A stretch of 64,000 nucleotides of DNA. Origin: the human T2T-CHM13v2.0 reference genome, Homo sapiens. The stretch is from NCBI RefSeq assembly GCF_009914755.1, contig NC_060927.1, one strand, 5' to 3'. A program made the position numbers and the translations under genes. A model generated the notes under the pieces. It was not told the DNA's origin and did not search any database. It worked only from the letters and a program-made list of their open reading frames with translations. Positions 15,746 through 34,034 of this stretch are shown in pieces (the stretch's first letter is position 1; every line of letters begins with the position of its first letter).

Positions 15746-18700
15746 AGTCCTAACACAGTATTTCTCCTGACTCCTTTCTTACTTGATTCTACTACTTCCC
15801 TACAATTACCTACACCAGTCACATATATTCCCCTTATATTCACTCAGTTGCTATTCTCTGCTTTCTAGTGAGTATATGCCCAAGCCAAATTATAAATGAC
15901 TTCCTATTTACTACATTCACATTCTTCACAGTTTTGCCTAAAGGCAGTGCCATGAGCATATTATCTAGAACAAAAAAGGACACAGAAAAGCTGATATGGC
16001 CTCTAGAAGGACTAGACGTAAACTGATATATCTGAATTTAAATGTTACTTCCTTTCACTTAGGTGAAAATGTTCAACTTATCAATGAATTGTTTGCAAAT
16101 CTGATTAATAAATGTTACACTGTAGATATACAACATTTTTGCTGTCAGTGCAATAACCTAAATATATAATTGCATGTACTGATCAGTTACTCTGGGAAAT
16201 GAAATGTGATTTCATTAACCAGATGAATAAATAGATACCCTCACTTAATAATGACAGTAACTACAACTTATTGGGAGCCTAATGATGATAACTAGTAGGT
16301 ACTGAGAGCCTTCTCTATGCAGGAATTCTAAGCACTTTACATGTATTCACTCATTTAGTCCCATTGTTTTTCTATTTATATAAGACAATGATTAGTAAAA
16401 GCTGGGGACTCATAGGAAACTGGTTCACTTAGTCTCACAGAAAATATCTGCCATTAACAGTATTACTGAAAAACTTCACATTCTGCAAAATCATGCAAGT
16501 AATTAACAGGGCTCAGGAGAAAATAGTATTAGAAACCAGACTACTTACAACTGATGTAGCTTTAGAACTGGAGAATAAAAACAATAATTGGTGCCTCAGG
16601 AGTTAAGTTGGACAGATCAAGCATGTCTGGAGATTGCCTCAGGATATATTAAAAATGCACAGACAACAAAGAAGAAATGTTGGCTTATGGATGCCAAGAC
16701 ATAAAGACTGAAGTGGAGCCTTGGGCCAAAGAAGCTGAGGTTAAAATGGGCAAAGGAGGAAGTGCAACTTGCTTCCAGCCTATAGTCTGTCTAATGCTGG
16801 GGGTCAGGGAAGGAGCCCAGGGTACTGCTGCTCATTCTAAATTTTCTTAAACTAGAGCTAAAAAGGGCACTTGTCTATGTACTAGCAAAGCTTGCCCCTT
16901 TCCTGAAGGCTATAAATATTACTGCAGTTATTCTAGTGCCTTGAGTCTAGGAAAAACCACACATGAACAATATAACTTCTATGTTATATTGCTGACGATC
17001 CCCTCATTTTCTATTTACATGACTTAATTGGCATTTTAGAAACCTGTGTTGTAGCTGCCTGGACTGTACTCAGAAATACGCTAGAGCTGTTCTACAGTAT
17101 CCAGAGCAGTCAGGAAGGGCCTGAAAGATAATAAAAATCCCCTAGGAGTGCCTAAGGGGTACTTCACATGCTTTGCAGACACTCATTCCATGTATTCAAC
17201 AGCAGCAACTATGTTTTTTTGTGGACACTGAGAAAACAGAAAACTGTACCTCCAACTTAAAATATGCTGTTTTATCTATTTTGTATAGCCATCTCCATAA
17301 GATAACTTTCCATGTGCAGAAACTTTATAGCTTTTAACTGTGTTCTGTTGGAGCTTTTCCATGATCTCACAGTGGAATAAGATCCATGCTGGAGATCAGG
17401 AACAAGTTAAAAAAAAGGACTGCCAATTTTGTTTTTAAAAATTCCACTAATTTAGCTACATGCAAAACACATAGGTGCATCAATGTGAGCTTCTCAAAGC
17501 TATACTGTTCCCCGAGTCTTTTACCCTACAATCTTAGGACTTTCTAAGATAGTTAGTGATGAAAAGAAGGGTGGTTCACTTCAACCCAGCACCAGTGCCA
17601 AACTCTGAAGGCAAGTGTTTCTCTAGGTGAAAAGTCCAGCTCCTGGCTAAAATCCAATGTGTTATATTTCAGGCACAGCCACAGGTAATTACAAAGGCTC
17701 TGCCTGGAAGATCTCTTGCAGGGAAAGCTGTCCTCTCCACACCAGACATGATGCACAGCCTGTGCACTGCAATCTCTCGAGACAGTTGCAGTCAAGGACA
17801 CGCCACCTCCTTTCCTTCCTGAAAGCTATACTACTACTACTACTGTTATTCTAGTGCCTTGCCACAAGCATTTCTGCATTCCTACCCTAGTCACCTGCAT
17901 TAGGGGCCTCTTTACTTGGAGCTTAGACTGAGGCATGTGTCAAGTACCTCTATCCAAGATCTTCTTATTGGTGGAGAAGCCTTAATTAAAATACTTTTCT
18001 CCACTCTGACTCAGTACTTTTCTACTCCTAGCCTTTCTTCTCCCTACACTTTAAAATAGCAGGAATCTTTTGTGCAGGGCTCCTAGGCAGTGAGATGATT
18101 CCCCCCATCTGGGTGTATGTCAGACTGTTCCTCACCTAGTGCTATTCCATAGGGAAAAATGCAACACTGAAGAGTCAGCCCTTTTCATTTTGGCCTCTTG
18201 TTTATCCTATAGCAGTAAGTTAACAGTTTGACTGTTAATTTCACTTTGACTCATTGGCCTAACCACTTCAAGGACTGTCAGCTCAACACAGAGTGGCTGT
18301 AGGATTTTGTTTTTCCCCTAGCAAAACATAAATACTATTGAAAAATTAAATGAAATTAGTGTAGTACCTTTGTTTATCTTATAGGGACAGACTTATTTAA
18401 TCACTTCCTAAGAAGGAAATTTTATAATCAGCCTGTTTGTAATACTAACTCAAGAAGAGTCCATGTTCTCCCACATTAAATTGTTAATAGCCTTATTTGA
18501 CATTGAAAGTTGGTTAACTACAAATCTAAAAAAAAAAAAACAAACAAACTCAATTTTCTCTGGTTCCAAAAGGAAAAGAGACTATACCCTCTTCCATTTT
18601 CTTGTAGCATTTCCTTTAGAAAATCTGTAACTACAAATCCTTTACTCTCTTTAAGATGTACATAAATCTTATTAAGAGCTAAAGAAGGCTCTTGCCAGTT

Positions 18701-19652
18701 TTGAATCTCAGCAATGTCTTTCTTGGGGGCTTTGGAATCATTTCTTTGAAATGTGAACATCTCGGAAGATGGTACCTTGTTTCCCTGTCTCTGTTGGAAT
18801 TTCGTCAAGGCTCCTGGCCCCAAGTTGTAACCTCTTACTTATCAAAAAGACATTAGAAGTTTTTATTTTTCCTTTAATACAGATAATTAACATGTATATA
18901 ATGGATTGTATCTGCCTTGCTATACAAAAGGGTGACATTTCTTTCTGTCTTTGCAATATCTCTAACAGATTGCCTGTAATGTGCATCACAATCTGATTGA
19001 ATCTGATTGAATTCAGTAATAAAACTGTTTCTTTTTTTTCCTACGTTTGTAAAGAGAATTCACTGGATTGACAGGAGATTTTAGTTTTAATTATTTCCCC
19101 AGCATCAGTAGTACTTTGAAAAAATATTCTACCTCTGGCACTACAGAAATAAAAATTTTTAAAGTTTTACCTTGAAAAGTAAATTTTTTTAAGTTTTTAA
19201 AGTTTCTTTAATTTTAAATTTTTTAAGTTTAAGTTTTTAAAATCTTTTTTAAGTTTTGTTAAGTTTTACCTTGCAAAGTAAAATTTTTTTAAGTTTTACC
19301 TTGAAAAAATTTTTTTCATTGAGTGTTTTGTTTAGTTCTAACTGTATGGTAGCTAAGAGTATAAGTTTTGGAGTCAGAATGATTGGGTAAGGATCTGATT
19401 TCTGTTCAGTTCTTCCATATACCAGTAACCTGTATAACTTGGGCAAGTTATATAACACTCCCAAATTTGTTTCCATGTCTAGATACTACCAAAGTTTTAA
19501 ACTTTATTAAAAACAAAAACACATCATTTCTTCAAAATTTAGCAGAAAAATATAGCAGGAATTGGGTCTGAATCATAATTTTAAAGGACAATAATAAAAG
19601 TCACTCGAAAGACCGGAGCCCAAATAAACAACAACAACAACAATATATATAT

Positions 19653-20295
19653 GCAATCAATTCTCATTATTCATGGTAGTTATGTTCTATAAAATCACTA
19701 TGAATGCTGAATTAGCAAATACTGAACCACTGCTCCTAGAGGAAATACAGGGTCAGGGTCCTGCAAGTCTGGTCACATTTTCCTTAAATGATCAATATAT
19801 AACCTTGTTGTCTGTATGTTTCTATTTAAAGACACCTTTAAAATATATATTTTTTTGATTCATTAACATTGAACTCATGGACAACAGCACTCTATAACTC
19901 ATACCTGATAAAGCTTATCTAATAGGTGTATTTTTTCCACAAGGCATATTATAGCCTTCTTGTGGATAAGAACACCAAACAGCACTTCAGCACTAACTCA
20001 GAGGCCATCTTAAAGAAATCACCAACAAAAGGCATAGAAATGCAAAAAAAAAAAAAAAAAAAAAAAGTATCACTAAATAGATGGACAAAAGGACATTTGT
20101 TTATAGTATGAGAGCTCAAACAACAGGGCAGATCATCATCTTGTTTGAAAACTAAACATGTGTGTGTTGGGTGACCCAAATTATTTGCCGCTGTGTACAT
20201 GTCCATGAATGACTACAGGTGCTGTATGGATTTGTGATTATAAATAAATTTTAGCAGGTAGACAAATTCATAAATATGGAATCTATTAATAATGA
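19653..20295. mobile_element. Tigger-type DNA transposon (MER82-like)
   Basis: Begins CAATCAATTCTCATTATTCATGGTAGTTATGTTCTATAAA; degenerate inverted terminus near 20290. Confidence 0.6.
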
Positions 20296-20955
20296 AGACT
20301 ATTTATCTCTATGTATGTGTAAGTGCATACACATGTGTACGTGTGTGTGTGCATGTTATACACTTGCTTTAGAGTCAACAGTCAATTCTCATTATTGCCT
20401 TCTCTTTTTACTTCCCTACATCCTCCTTCTCCTAGTTGCTTCTCTCTCAATCTCCTATCTCATTAGTGGCACTGACAACCACCTTGTTATTCAAGGTTAA
20501 AACTCGGGAGACTTCTGACTCTTCCTTTTCCCCCACAACTCCCTATATTCAACCCATCATGAAGTCCTATTAGTTCTACCTCCATTCTCCAATTCCAAAT
20601 ACTTCTCATCACCTCCACTACTGCCACCTTTGACCATGTCACTACCATCTCTTCTCCAAACTCATATAATGGCTACTCTCCCACGATTGTACGTTTAGTA
20701 CTTATAGCATATCGAAATTGTCTTATTTTTTCATTATCTTTCTCCCTTCATGTAATCTCTATGAGGTCAGGGACCTTTTCTATTTTGTTTACCACTGCAA
20801 CCAGTGCCTAGAATGCCAAACAGATGTAAGAAGAACTGTAAGTACACAAAATATCAAGGAATAGTAGGAAGGGAATAATTATTCATTGAATATGCATGCA
20901 TCCTTTCTGAACCTTCCACTTCTCTTTTCTTGTTTAGTTTTCCTCCTCTATTATC

Positions 20956-21273
<318 letters not shown>

Positions 21274-21963
21274 TAACCCAGTATGTAATTCCTGGATACT
21301 CATGATACTTGCCTGTCACTGTGTTATGTGTTGCCATAGGAAGGAGGAAACAGAGCTGTCGCTGAAAACTGAATCATATGCTAATACAACTGACTTAATA
21401 TATTTAATGCATATATTAACTCATAGCTTTCAAAATATGTCATCCCAACACTCCCCACTTTCTCAAATCCCATTCCCTTGAATCAAAGAGTACACATAGA
21501 TAATCTTCAGAAAACACAATCACTGAGATCAACTCTTTGAAACACTGAGCACTTGCTTTTCAAAGTCAGGAAGGGTACAAGCAGTAGATATAAATGGCTC
21601 ACTGCATTCCTTCTGGTACTTTTAAAGTGTGATAACGCTCACTTTAAAACATTCAGATCATAATTATCAACAGCAAAAATTGGAGGCTTGTCACTTCTAA
21701 TTTCATTGATTCTCTTGCAATTCTTCCATTACTTCCCAAGATAATTTTCTATTTAAAATCTTTGTCCTTTATTACTTTAGGCAACTACCTTTTTTGTTCT
21801 CACTTAAATATATAGCCAAATCCAGCATGGTAGAAATTGCTCTTAAACTGTGAAACCAGAAACACCCCCTTTTAATGTCATTTTCCCCATCAGCCTGGTA
21901 GGTCCAAGCCAAAGCCACTAGTAGGTAGCATAAGCTGACATGTAATAAAAATAAATAAAATAA

Positions 21964-22312
<349 letters not shown>

Positions 22313-22362
22313 CTACAACTCCCTGCATGAGCAACGCAGAAGACGGGTGATTTCTGCATTTC

Positions 22363-22725
22363 CTACTGAGGTACGAGGTTCATCTCACTGGGGAGTGTCG
22401 GAAAGTGGGTGCAGGACAGTGGGTGCAGCGCACCGAGCGTGAGCCGAAGCAGGGCAAGGCATCGCCTCACCCGGGAAGCACAAAGGGTCAGGGAATTCCC
22501 TTTCCTAGTCAAAGAAAGGGGTGACAGACAGCACCTGGAAAATCGGGTCACTCCCACCCTAACACTGCACTTTTCAAACACCCTTAGCAAACGGCACACC
22601 AGGAGATTATATCCCGCACCTGGCTTGGAGGGTCCTACGCCCATGGAGCCTTGCTCTTTGCTAGCACAGAAGTCTGAGATCAAACTGCAAGGCGGCAGCG
22701 AGGCTGTGGGAGGGGCGCCCGACAT
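22363..22725 (-). CDS. L1 antisense ORF0, open for 120 codons ([22 protein letters not shown]...RVGVTRFSR...)
   Basis: Part of ORF 22363..22794 from the ATG at 22725; closely resembles primate L1 ORF0 ([22 protein letters not shown]...). Expression not shown. Confidence 0.7.
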   Translation of the reverse strand: MSGAPPTASLPPCSLISDFCASKEQGSMGVGPSKPGAGYNLLVCRLLRVFEKCSVRVGVTRFSRCCLSPLSLTRKGNSLTLCASRVRRCLALLRLTLGALHPLSCTHFPTLPSEMNLVPQ

Positions 22726-23300
22726 TGCTGAGGCTTGAGTAGGTAAACAAAGCGGCCAGGAAGCTCGAACTGGGTGGAGCCCACCGCAGCTCAAGGAAGC
22801 CTGCCTGTCTCTGTAGACTCTAGCTCTAGGGGCAGGGCATAGCCAAACAAAAGGCAGCAGAATCCTCTGCAGACTTAAATGTCCCTGTCTGACAGCTTTG
22901 GATAGAGTAGTGGTTCTCCCAGCTCGCAGCTGGAGATCTGAGAACTGGCAGACTGCCTCCTCAAGTGGGTCCCTGACCCCCGAGTAGCCTAACTGGGAGG
23001 CACCTCCCAGTAGGGGCAGACTGACATCTCACACAGCCGGGTACTCCTCTGAGACAAAACTTCCAGAAGAATGATCGGGCAGCAACATTTGCTGTGCACC
23101 AATATCCGCTGTTCTGCAGCCTCTGCTGCTGATACCCAGGCAAACAGGGTCTGGAGTGGACCTCCAGCGAACTCCAACAGACCTGCAGCTGAGGGTCCTG
23201 TCTGTTAGAAGGAAAACTAACAAACAGGAAGGACATCCACACCAAAACCCCATCTGTACATCATCATCATCAAAGACAAAAGGTAGATAAAACCACAAAG

Positions 23301-24317
23301 ATGGGGAAGAAACAGAGCAGAAAAACTGGAAACTCTAAAAATCAGAGCACCTCTCCTCCTCCAAAGCAATGCAGCTCCTCACCAGCAATGGAACAAAGCT
23401 GGACGGAAAATGACTTTGACGAGTTGAGAGAAGAAGACTTCAGAAGATCAAACTACTCCGAGCTAAAGGAGGAAGTTTGAACCCAAGGCAAAGAAGTTAA
23501 AAACCTTGAAAAAAAATTAGACGAATGACTAACTAGAATAACCAATGCAGAGAAGTCCTTAAAGGACCTGATGGAGCTGAAAACCAAGGCACGACAACTA
23601 CATGACGAATGCACAAGCCTCAGTAGCCGATTCGATCAACTGGAAGAAAGGGTATCAGTGATGGAAGATCAAATGAATGAAATGAAGTGAGAAGAGAAGT
23701 TTAGAGAAAAAAGAATAAAAAGAAATGAACAAAGCCTCCAAGAAACATGGGACTATGTGAAAAGACCAAATCTACGTCTGATTGATGTACCTGAAAGTGA
23801 CGGGGAGAATGCAACCAAGCTGGAAAACACTCTGCAGTATATTATCCAGGAGAACTTCCCCAATCTAGCAAGGCAGGCCAACATTCAAACTCAGGAAATA
23901 CAGAGAATGCCACAAAGATACTCCTCGAGAAGAGCAACTCCAAGACACATAATTGTCAGATTCATCAAAGTTGAAATGAAGGAAAAAATGTTAAGGGCAG
24001 CCAGAGAGAAAGGTCGGGTTACCTACAAAGGGAAGCCCATCAGACTAACAGCTCATCTCTCAGCAGAAACTCTACAAACCAGAAGAGAGTGGGGGGCAAT
24101 ATTCAACATTCTTAAAGAAAAGAATTTTCAACCCAGAATTTCACATCCAGCCAAACTAAGCTTCATAAGTGAAGGAGAAATAAAATCCTTTACAGACAAG
24201 CAAATGCTGAGAGATTTTGTCACCACCAGGCCTGTCCTACAAGAGCTCCTGAAGGAAGCAATAAACATGGAAAGGAACAACCGGTACCAGCCACTGCAAA
24301 ATCATGCCAAATTATAA
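23301..24317 (+). pseudogene. L1 ORF1p, disrupted
   Basis: ATG GGG AAG AAA CAG at 23301; internal TGA stops (e.g. near 23478); C-terminal part open (ORF 23757..24317, ...RYQPLQNHAKL). Confidence 0.9.
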
Positions 24318-24572
24318 AGACCGTCGAGGCTAGGAAGAAACTGCATCAACTAACGAGCAAAATAACCAGCTAACATCATAATGACAGGATCAAATTCACA
24401 CATAACAATATTAACCTTAAATGTAAATGGGCTAAATGCTCCAATTAAAAGACACAGACTGGCAAATTGGATAAAGAGTCAAGACCCATCAGTGTGCTGT
24501 ATTCAGGAAGCCCATCTCACATGCAGAGACACACATAGGCTCAAAATTAAGGGATGGAGGAAGATCTACTAA

Positions 24573-28213
<3,641 letters not shown>

Positions 28214-28997
28214 TAAAAAACCCAGGAATCCCACTTACAAGGAATGTGAAGGACCTCTTCAAGGAGAACTACCAACCACTGCTCAATGAAATAAAAGAGG
28301 ATACAAACAAATGGAAGAACGTTCCATGCTCATGGGTAGGAAGAATCAATATCGTGAAAATGGCCATACTACCCAAGGTAATTTATAGATTCAATGCCAT
28401 CCCCATCAAGCTACCACTGACTTTCTTCACAGAATTGGAAAAATCTACTTTAAAGTTCATATGGAACCAAAAAAGAGCCCGCATTGCCAAGTCAATCCTA
28501 AGCCAAAAGAACAAAGCTGAAGGCATCATGCTACCTGACTTCAAACTATACTACAAGGCTACAGTAACCAAAACAGCATGGTACTGGTACCAAAACAGAG
28601 ATATAGACCAATGGAACAGAACAGAGCCCTCAGAAATAATGCCACATATCTACAACCATCTGATCTTTGACAAACCTGACAAAAACAAGAAATGGGGAAA
28701 GGATTCCCTATTTAATAAATGGTGCTGGGAAAACTGGCTAGCCATATGTAGAAAGCTGAAACTGGATTCCTTCCTTACACCTTATACAAAAATTAATTCA
28801 AGATGGATTAAAGACTTACATGTTAGACCTAAAACCATAAAAACCCTAGAAGAAAACCTAGGCAATACCATTCAGGACATAGGCATGGGCAAGGACTTCA
28901 TGTCTAAAACACCAAAAGCAATGGCAACAAAAGCTAAAATTGACAAATGGGATCTAATTAACCTAAAGAGCTTCTGCACAGCAAAAGAAACTACCAT

Positions 28998-29305
<308 letters not shown>

Positions 29306-30063
29306 TAGAATGGCGATCATTAAAAAGTCAGGAAACAACAGGTGCTGGAGAGGATGTGGAGAAATAGGAACACTTTTACACTGTTGGTGGAACTGTAAAC
29401 TAGTTCAACCATTGTGGAAGACAGTGTGGTGATTCCTCAAGGTTCTAGAACTAGAAATACCATTTGACCCAGCCATCCCATTACTGGGTATATACCCAAA
29501 GGATAATAAATCATGCTGCTATAAAGGCACATGCACACGTATGTTTATTGTGGCACTATTCACAATAGCAAAGACTTAGAACCAACCCAAATGTCCAACA
29601 ATGATAGACTGGATTAAGAAAATGTGGCACATATACACCATGGAATACTATGCAGCCATAAAAAATGATGAGTTCATGTCCTTTGTAGGGACATGGATGA
29701 AGCTGGAAACCATCATTCTCAGCAAACTATCGCAAGGACAAAAAACCAAACACCGCATGTTCTCACTCATAGGTGGGAGTTGAACAATGAGAACACATGG
29801 ACACAGGAAGGGGAACACCATACACTGGGGCCTGTTATGGGGTGGGGGGAGTGGGGAGGGATAGCATTAGGAGATATACCTAATGTTAAATGACGAGTTA
29901 CTGGGTGTAGCACACCAACATGGCACATGTATACATATGTAACTAACCTGCACGTTGTGCAGATGTACCCTTAAAGTATAATAAAATAAAAATAAAAATA
30001 AAAATAAATAAATAAAATAAAAAATCCTAATAAAAGAGGCAATTTTGGTAAAAATATAATTAC

Positions 30064-30138
30064 TTGACGTTTTTCTTAAGGGCTTTTTCCAGCTTCTTCA
30101 CCTGCTGTTTATAAAGTCTTAATTCATGCTGCGTAGGC
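30064..30138 (-). CDS. CEP70: CEP70 coding exon, 75 bp, phase 2 to 2: [24 protein letters not shown](K)
   Basis: Acceptor ttccacag|G; donor AA|gtaatt. Confidence 0.94.
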
Positions 30139-30724
30139 CTGTGGAAAATAAATAATGATAAATTAATTCAATTTACTGAATAAAAGCATAAAGGTACTTA
30201 AATATTAACGACATACAAAACTTTGTTACTTGTCACAAATATACTTATTAAGCTTCTGAAAATATTTCATGACTGCTAATTTGGAGTTTACTGGCCATTT
30301 AGATTTCTTCTTCTCTGTAATCCCTTATTCAAAGCCTTTTAGTCGTTTTTTGCTGCTAATCTGTTACTTGTTTTTATAGTGAAATATTTCAAGTATACAG
30401 ACAAAAACAGAGAACATTATAACAAATCCTGGTGTATCCACCACCTAGCTTTATCAAATTTGAATATTAACAGATTTGATTCAAATCTTAACTCAAACTT
30501 TATACATATACTTAAAATTCCCTCATTAATGTCATTCTTCTCCTTCCCATACCATAGAGAACCACTATCCTCAATTCATTGTTCATTATTCCCATGTATG
30601 TTTTTAAATTTTTACTACATATTTATATAATCATAAATTTACATATTATTGTGTTCAAGGTTTTCACATTTTATATAAATGGCTTATGCTAGGTATCAGG
30701 TCCTTCTCTCCATTAAGGTATAAG

Positions 30725-31033
30725 TTTTTTCTTGTTGTTTTTTGTTTTTTTTGAGAAAGGGTCTCACACTGTCACCTAGGCTGGAGTGCAGTGGCACAAG
30801 TTCAGCTTACTGCAACCTCCACCTCCCAGGTTCAAGCTATTCTCTCACCTTGGCCTCTTGAATAGCTGGGACTACCGATGCGTACCACCACACCGGGCTG
30901 ATTTTTGTATTTTTTTTGGTAAAGACAGGGTTTCACCAAGTTGGCCAGGCTGGTCTCAAACTCTTGACCTCAGGAGGCCTGCTTCGGCCTCCTAAAGTGC
31001 TGGGATTACAGGTGTGAGCCACCACGCCCAGCC
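30725..31033 (-). mobile_element. Alu (J/S)
   Basis: Antisense dimer; CCATTAA..TATAAG repeated on both flanks. Confidence 0.85.
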
Positions 31034-31759
31034 ATTAAATATAAGCTTATTGAGAACAGGAAATTTGTTTTGGTCCCTTGTTCACCCCAGAGTTTGGGAC
31101 AGTGTCTAACTTACTATAGGTATTCAAATATTTGTTGAATGAAAAAAGGCTCAACAATGTTCATTCTTTATTACTGTCAACATAGAGAGTGTCATCCTTT
31201 TGTAGCTATGCTGGATATATCTTTCTGTTGTGTGCCATTATAAATTTTACTTTTCTTCTCATCCCACAGCACAGGAATAAGAATAACAAGGCATTCCAGT
31301 ATAATTTGAGAATGAGAACTCCGCTGGCAAAAGACTGAATCTAATATAGTAAATATTAATGTATTATACATTTCAAAATCAATAAGAGTAAATTTCAAAT
31401 GTTTTCAACCACAAAAGGTATTAGATGATGGATATGTTAATTAGCTTGATTTAATTATTCTGCATTATAATCATGAATCGTAACATCACTTTGTGCCTCA
31501 TAAATATATACAGCTGTAATTTGTCAATTAGCAATTAAAATAAAAATTTAAGATAATAATCATGCTGAGTGAAAGACGATAGACAAAAAAGAGTAAATAT
31601 TGTATAGCTCCACTTATAAGAAGTCTAGGAAATATAAACTAACGTATAATGATTGAAAGCAAATCAGTGGTTGTCTCAGGGAAAGGCAAAGAGGGGCAGG
31701 AGGGATTACAAAAGGGGCAAGAGATAACTTTTAGAGTTTTTTGTTTTGTTTTGTTTTAA

Positions 31760-31962
<203 letters not shown>

Positions 31963-31989
31963 CCTGGCTAATTTTTAAAATTATTTGTA

Positions 31990-32420
<431 letters not shown>

Positions 32421-32617
32421 TAGCCTCCAAGGCGATTATCTTGACTGTGATTGTTAGGGTGATTATCTGGATTATAACTGTTTCATAGGTGTATACACAT
32501 ATCAAAATTCAATAAATTGTGTACCTTACATATATGCAGTGTACTGTACATCAATTGTAACTCAATAAAGCTATTTTTTAAAAGCAAAAAAAAAAAAAAG
32601 ACTGAATCTATTTGAAG

Positions 32618-32913
32618 TTTTTTTTTTTTTTTTTGACACAGGGTCTCGCTCTGTCACACAGGCTGGAGTACAGTGACACAATCATGGCTCACTGCAGCCC
32701 TGACTTCCTGGGGTCAAGTGATCCTTCCACCTCAGTCTTCGGAGTAGCTGGGACTACAGCCACAGACCACCACACCCAGCTAATTTTTATATTTTTTGTA
32801 GAGAAGGGGTTTTGCCATGTTGCCCATGCTGGTCTCGAATTCCTGCCTCAAGCAATCCACCTGCCTCAGCCTCCTGAAGTGCTGAGATTACAGGTGAAAG
32901 CCACTATGCCCAG
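32618..32913 (-). mobile_element. AluJ
   Basis: Antisense dimer. Confidence 0.85.
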
Positions 32914-33148
32914 CTTATTTGAAGTTCTTAGCTAGTTTTGTCTTCTTCACTGTGGACTCCTATTTTCTCATTTCCCTTGCCTACCCATGTGCTCTTGTTC
33001 CTTTCATAAGTTATCACGGGAAAGAACTGACTAAAGTGAGTATAAGAATATTATGTACTCATGATTAGCTTTAGAGCAAAGGAGCTAGAATGGTGCATTT
33101 AATATTCCAAATTCCAGTATGTTTACTTTTCAAAGGATGAAGAAAAAT

Positions 33149-33755
<607 letters not shown>

Positions 33756-33770
33756 TTAAGTTTCTCTCAC

Positions 33771-33859
33771 CTGGTTTCCAAATCTTTTTGGAGGTTCAGC
33801 TTTTCACTTGAAAGTGCATCAATCTTAGATTTTGATTCCTTGAGTTGATTCTGTAATGA
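33771..33859 (-). CDS. CEP70: CEP70 coding exon, 89 bp, phase 0 to 2: [29 protein letters not shown](R)
   Basis: Acceptor ttgcag|TCA; donor AG|gtgaga; preceded by an 87-bp intron (33860-33946). Confidence 0.94.
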
Positions 33860-33946
33860 CTGCAACACATTTCATAGAAAAATAATTAACTTTCTTAGAT
33901 TACTTAGTTTATTAAAAAGTATTTATTAGTTATGCAGTCCCCATAC

Positions 33947-34034
33947 CATTAAAAGGCCTTTATAAGTTGGTGAGGCATCCAGATTTCTGTAGTCGTTTTC
34001 TTCTTCTGACTGACTTTCATCTTCTTTATATTGC
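33947..34034 (-). CDS. CEP70: CEP70 coding exon, 88 bp, phase 2 to 0: [29 protein letters not shown]
   Basis: Acceptor tcatag|G; donor ATG|gtatgg. Confidence 0.94.
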
